Shown: piece by piece, positions 60,291-64,000 of the stretch | Layout of the letters: each line of letters opens with the position of its first letter | Position numbering within the stretch: position 1 is the first letter of the stretch | From: a virus | Taxonomy: Duplodnaviria > Caudoviricetes | Length of the DNA: 64,000 bases | Virus record (IMG/VR): IMGVR_UViG_2901201504_000001 | Coordinates: 1 to 64,000 of that record | Strand: one strand, 5' to 3' | The notes under the pieces: generated by a model | Seen by the model: the letters and a program-made list of their open reading frames with translations, nothing else | Databases searched by the model: none | Told to the model about the DNA's origin: nothing | Translations under genes and position numbers: made by a program

Positions 60291-60761
60291 ATGTTCAGAA
60301 TCCCATGTAGTAAATGTAATGGTAAAGGAATCATCCCTCATTTTAGCCATGTTGATGAAGGATTATGCTTTCAATGTAGCGGATCAATGTTCCAGGAAGT
60401 TAATGAAGAAGAATACCAAGATTATTTGAAACATATTGAAAGAATAAAACAAGGTAGCTATATTTTATTCAATAACGGAAAAGTGGAATATTATTCAACA
60501 GTAAGCGAAATTAACAAGAAATATGGAAACTTCTATTGTGGTAACTATGCGGAGCGTTCAATGCATGTTGCATATAGAGACAAAGACATTGTTTATACAA
60601 AAAATAAAGGATTTAAGAGTAAGGAAGTTAATAAAATTAAAAACTGGTGTTTAACAGAGCGTCTTGGAAAGCTTAAACAAATGTTAGAAAAGGAAAATGA
60701 TATTGATTTTAGAGGTATCATTATTAGTAAAATACAGGAATACGAACAACTTTTATGCTAA
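60291..60761 (+). CDS. Zn-finger (CxxCxGxG) phage protein
   Basis: CSKCNGKG..H...G.CFQCSG; RBS GGAGG. Confidence 0.7.
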   Translation: MFRIPCSKCNGKGIIPHFSHVDEGLCFQCSGSMFQEVNEEEYQDYLKHIERIKQGSYILFNNGKVEYYSTVSEINKKYGNFYCGNYAERSMHVAYRDKDIVYTKNKGFKSKEVNKIKNWCLTERLGKLKQMLEKENDIDFRGIIISKIQEYEQLLC

Positions 60762-60797
60762 TTGTTTTTAAAGAGTAATGAAATGGAGGTTTTAACA

Positions 60798-61019
60798 ATG
60801 AATTATGCTTTAAGAAACAAAATAATTAAAGAAAATAAATTTTATTCATTGCTAGAAAGTAATAAACAATACAGATTACAAGAATATTGCATGAAAACAA
60901 AAAAAGTTGTAGTAGGAATTATTCAAGGTGATCCAGAAAAATATAATACAGGCACAGGGAAGCTCACTTTTAAATATTTTGATACATGGGAAAACGCTTA
61001 TACTCAACTATCACAATAA
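60798..61019 (+). CDS. Hypothetical protein
   Basis: RBS GGAGG before ATG 60798. Confidence 0.6.
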   Translation: MNYALRNKIIKENKFYSLLESNKQYRLQEYCMKTKKVVVGIIQGDPEKYNTGTGKLTFKYFDTWENAYTQLSQ

Positions 61020-61052
61020 AAAATTTAATTTTAATCGAAAGTAAGGATATTG

Positions 61053-61169
61053 ATGCAATTAGATAAGTATTGCCTGGAATGTGGCGAATCTCAAGAAATG
61101 AATGCAAAGGAATGTTTCTACTGCGAATCTGAAGAGCTGGATACAATGGATATAGATGATATTGTTTAA
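61053..61169 (+). CDS. 38-aa zinc-ribbon peptide (not in ORF track)
   Basis: MQLDKYCLECG..KECFYCESEEL; followed by terminator AAGCAACCT..AGGTTGTTTT. Confidence 0.5.
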   Translation: MQLDKYCLECGESQEMNAKECFYCESEELDTMDIDDIV

Positions 61170-61300
61170 GCAACCTATCAAGGTTGTTTTTTATTGCTTA
61201 AAGTTCGAATATTATTTAATTCCCTATGTTTTCTTGTAATATAAATAGATACCAGTACATACCATTACATATTGGCAAGATTATAATAGGGGGAATGAAA

Positions 61301-61750
61301 ATGTCTAAACAGTTTCAGTTAACGCGTCAAATGTTATTGAATTTTGTACAAGATCTAAATGAAGAAGTAAGTCAAGTTCAACCGGAAGGATTCAACAATA
61401 ATATTCGTTGGCACATCGGTCATTTACTTGTAACATCTGAGAGCTTTATGTTTGGCTATCCAAAGAAATCAACAAATATTCCAGTGGAATATGCTTCTTT
61501 ATTTAATATGGGAACAAATCCTGCTGCATGGGAAGGTGAAGTACCTTCTATACAAGAGTTATCTAAATGTTTAAAAGAACAAGCTAAGCGTATTAATGCC
61601 ATTCCCGAAGATTTTTTTGAACAAAAGTTACCGTTTAAATTCCCTTTAGATGGTATTGAGAAATATTCAGATCTTTATGCTTTAATGCTGCATCATGAAT
61701 CAGAGCATTTAGGGCAAATGAAGGCAATGAAAAGAGCGATACAATTCTAA
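61301..61750 (+). CDS. DinB/YfiT-family protein (putative thiol transferase)
   Basis: PEGFNNNIRWHIGH..HESEHLGQM metal-binding histidines. Confidence 0.85.
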   Translation: MSKQFQLTRQMLLNFVQDLNEEVSQVQPEGFNNNIRWHIGHLLVTSESFMFGYPKKSTNIPVEYASLFNMGTNPAAWEGEVPSIQELSKCLKEQAKRINAIPEDFFEQKLPFKFPLDGIEKYSDLYALMLHHESEHLGQMKAMKRAIQF

Positions 61751-61864
61751 AATAATGATAGAAAGTATTAATGAAGCCTCACTTTGAACGGGGCTTCTTT
61801 TGTTTTGTCTAATAAAACAGTTCTTTTATTTAAATGATTGAAGACTCTAATTACATAAACAATG

Positions 61865-61893
61865 ACATCAATGTTGGCTTTTTTTCATACAAT
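61865..61893 (+). promoter_or_regulatory. Putative mother-cell (sigmaE/K) promoter for cwlJ-like gene
   Basis: -10 CATACAAT at 61886-61893; weak -35 ACATCAA. Confidence 0.45.
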
Positions 61894-61911
61894 ATCTTTG
61901 GGGTGAGAAAA

Positions 61912-62352
61912 ATGCCAAGAGTTAAATATACAGAATCTGACGTAGATTTAATGGCAAGGTTAATGAGGGCAGAAGCCGAGGGTGAAGGTCAACAAGGGAT
62001 GTTATATGTTGGTAATGTAGTGGTTAATCGTGCTGTAGCGGATTGTTTAGACTTTAAGGAAGTAAGAACGATCGAACAAGTCGTTTATCAAGTACAAGGA
62101 GGTAATTATTCTTTTGAAGCTGTTCAAAAAGGAAATCAATTTTACCAAAGGGCAAGGTCTCAAGAAAAAAGGTTAGCAAGACAGAATTTGGAGTTTTGGA
62201 GAGACCATCCAGCGAAATTTGCCCTTTGGTATTTTAATCCATATGCTCCTTGTCCTCCAACATGGTACGACCAACCTTTTAGCGGCCAATTTAAAAACCA
62301 TTGTTTTTATGAACCACAAGCTAACACATGTGAAAGTGTTTATTCCGGTTAG
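61912..62352 (+). CDS. cwlJ: Spore cortex-lytic enzyme, CwlJ family
   Basis: DVDLMARLMRAEAEGEG..GNV..FEAV..FYQRAR..PAKFALWYF..CP..WY.QPF..FKNHCFY closely matches CwlJ. Confidence 0.9.
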   Translation: MPRVKYTESDVDLMARLMRAEAEGEGQQGMLYVGNVVVNRAVADCLDFKEVRTIEQVVYQVQGGNYSFEAVQKGNQFYQRARSQEKRLARQNLEFWRDHPAKFALWYFNPYAPCPPTWYDQPFSGQFKNHCFYEPQANTCESVYSG

Positions 62353-62545
62353 GTAACTAGTAACTATAATTAATTCTATAATTTAAATAAAAAATATTAG
62401 AGAGACCACTATTGGGTGGTCTTATTTCTATTCATTCCATAATAAAATGTTGAATTTAATTATTTAAATAGTAAAAAGAAGTTGTTATCAATGTTGGCGT
62501 TATTTGTTATAATTTAGAAAAAAGTGTATTTCGAGGTATATTACT

Positions 62546-63034
62546 GTGAAATTTTATAAATTATTTATAGTTTTAATATTATGTTTCTTAGTAGTATGTG
62601 TAAATAAAACTGATTATTCCAAAAAAACAAAAAATGAGAAAATCGTACATAATTATCAACAAAAGCTCAAAGGTGAAGGGGAGAATTGGATAGTTAAACT
62701 AAATATAGATGGGAATTTAACATTAAATAATCCACTTTATCCTAATGAATATCTATTTGATAACACTCAACAGATTAAAATCCAATATAAAGGAGCTGTT
62801 GAGGATTTAGGAGAGCAGGTTACCTATATTTATAAAAATAAAGTCTGGGAAAGTCCTGTCTATATTTCGTCCAGAAATGGATTTCCAAGCACTTTTTTAG
62901 AAGATAAGTTTGGAGGTACAGGTCTTATTAAAGTAGAAAACTTCACGAATTCTTTTCCACTTTTTGAAACTGCAAACAATGTAACAATTACTTGGAAAGA
63001 TAATAAAGAAGTTATAACTTTACAAAATGAATAA
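62546..63034 (+). CDS. Putative exported protein/lipoprotein
   Basis: Hydrophobic N-terminus with Cys; KGEGENW and ITW motifs; own extended -10. Confidence 0.6.
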   Translation: MKFYKLFIVLILCFLVVCVNKTDYSKKTKNEKIVHNYQQKLKGEGENWIVKLNIDGNLTLNNPLYPNEYLFDNTQQIKIQYKGAVEDLGEQVTYIYKNKVWESPVYISSRNGFPSTFLEDKFGGTGLIKVENFTNSFPLFETANNVTITWKDNKEVITLQNE

Positions 63035-63115
63035 GAAGTACTACAAAGATAATTGATAGTGTTATTGTTATTAATACAATACAAACGTTCGCTTATATCT
63101 ATTATTAAAGACCAT

Positions 63116-63319
63116 TCACTTTCTAGAATGGTCTTTTGCATTCTTCCTTTCTATGTATCCAAGTGTGTAATAATAAACTGCCCAAAATACAAAAATAATA
63201 AAAAAACTATAATTTTTCTTATCTGAGGGCAGAAGATAAAAGCTGATAAAAGTTACTATCGCAAAGGGGGGCATTAACATCCAATATAATTTTCGTTTTG
63301 TCATATACGTCATCCTCAA
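63116..63319 (-). CDS. Small two-TM membrane protein
   Basis: Two hydrophobic segments; RBS GAGG suggests start at MTKRK. Confidence 0.5.
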   Translation of the reverse strand: MRMTYMTKRKLYWMLMPPFAIVTFISFYLLPSDKKNYSFFIIFVFWAVYYYTLGYIERKNAKDHSRK

Positions 63320-63449
63320 ATAATTTTTTCTAATTTATAATAACATGAATGTTTATAATATTTACTCATACTCATAATAAAACAGATATTTTATTATTTT
63401 TGATCAATTGACTAGCTGAAAATGCTAGTTTTTTCTTTGTATTTTATAA

Positions 63450-63538
63450 TAAATAAAAGTTAAATAAACTAATATAAATATATTGTTTTATATTTATATA
63501 GATGGTATAATTTAGTTAATAAATAAAAGTTAAATAAA
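63450..63538 (+). promoter_or_regulatory. sigmaA promoter flanked by two identical 19-bp operator-like motifs
   Basis: TAAATAAAAGTTAAATAAA at 63450 and 63520 around TTGTTT-17-TATAAT (with extended TG). Confidence 0.65.
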
Positions 63539-63571
63539 TACATATTAACTATTTAAAAGGGAGCGGTTAGA

Positions 63572-64000
63572 ATGTCAGTAGCTATGAAAATTAATGAGGA
63601 ATTAAAAGGAATTGAATTGTATTTTAACAGGAAGCCACAACAGAATGTTTTAGACGATCTTAAAACAAATGGTTTTAGATGGTCAAATTACAAAAAATGT
63701 TGGTATACAAAACAATCAGAAAGAGCATTTCAAATTGCAAACAGCTTAACGGCTGGTGAAAAAACTGTTTCTGCTATTAAAGAGAAAACAACTAAAAAGC
63801 AAATTATTAACCTATGGAATGCTACAAGATTTACTGACATAGCTGTTAATAAGGAACAAGATTTAAAAGAAATTGCTAAGGAAATTCGTACTAATATCAG
63901 AAAAAGATTTCCACAATGTAAATTTTCTGTAACAGTTCCTTATTACGGAAAAATTAATTTTGAAATTAAATCAAGTCCATATGAAAAAGAATCAGTTTAC
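63572..64000 (+). CDS. Large polyvalent protein (LPD29-like domain), truncated by window end
   Basis: RBS AAAAGGGAG; GIELYF..KP..GFRWS..CWY and EIAKEIR..IRKRFPQCKFSV. Confidence 0.65.
   Translation, partial: MSVAMKINEELKGIELYFNRKPQQNVLDDLKTNGFRWSNYKKCWYTKQSERAFQIANSLTAGEKTVSAIKEKTTKKQIINLWNATRFTDIAVNKEQDLKEIAKEIRTNIRKRFPQCKFSVTVPYYGKINFEIKSSPYEKESVY

Larger units (their letters stand above)
1000..64000. mobile_element. SPbeta-like prophage (continues beyond window)
   Basis: Integrase at the boundary, complete head/tail/lysis gene set, YonO-type RNAP, yolD-, yonK- and yonT-like genes in SPbeta-like order. Confidence 0.95.

Noticed and set aside
254-63141. Many 60-160 aa ORFs antisense to or nested in long genes (e.g. 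2049-2522, 5870-6148, 16542-16832, 43620-43943, 48675-48974, 58077-58379)
   Set aside because: Shadow frames of well-supported genes, with no RBS or recognisable motifs.
1-64000. Arbitrium aimR/aimP, tRNAs, IS elements, introns/inteins
   Set aside because: None recognised by eye; they may lie in the part of the prophage beyond the window.

Overview
The window holds the left ~63 kb of a large SPbeta/phi3T-like temperate prophage inserted into kamA (lysine 2,3-aminomutase) of an AT-rich spore-forming Bacillaceae host. From left to right: the 5' part of kamA broken at the attL core CCTAC (1000-1004), a large serine recombinase, and an SOS-boxed yolD-like gene. A long minus-strand late region follows, with accessory fibre genes, lysis, baseplate/tail, a 3080-aa tape measure with SLT and M23 domains, a tyrosine recombinase, a Kiwa defence pair, head genes, terminase, PhoH, HU and a YonO-type RNA polymerase. 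Next is a plus-strand block with a wHTH plus tubulin pair and small membrane proteins plus an FtsK-like ATPase. Both operons are preceded by sigmaE-like promoters and the block carries two repeat arrays; it is the best candidate for an undescribed sporulation-coupled DNA segregation/transfer system. The rest is a non-coding strand-skew switch with DnaA boxes, a YonT-like type I toxin-antitoxin locus, an SF2 helicase and accessory genes including a CwlJ homolog. Two families of dispersed intergenic motifs recur across the prophage. All family calls come from motif recognition and synteny by eye; no database search was run.
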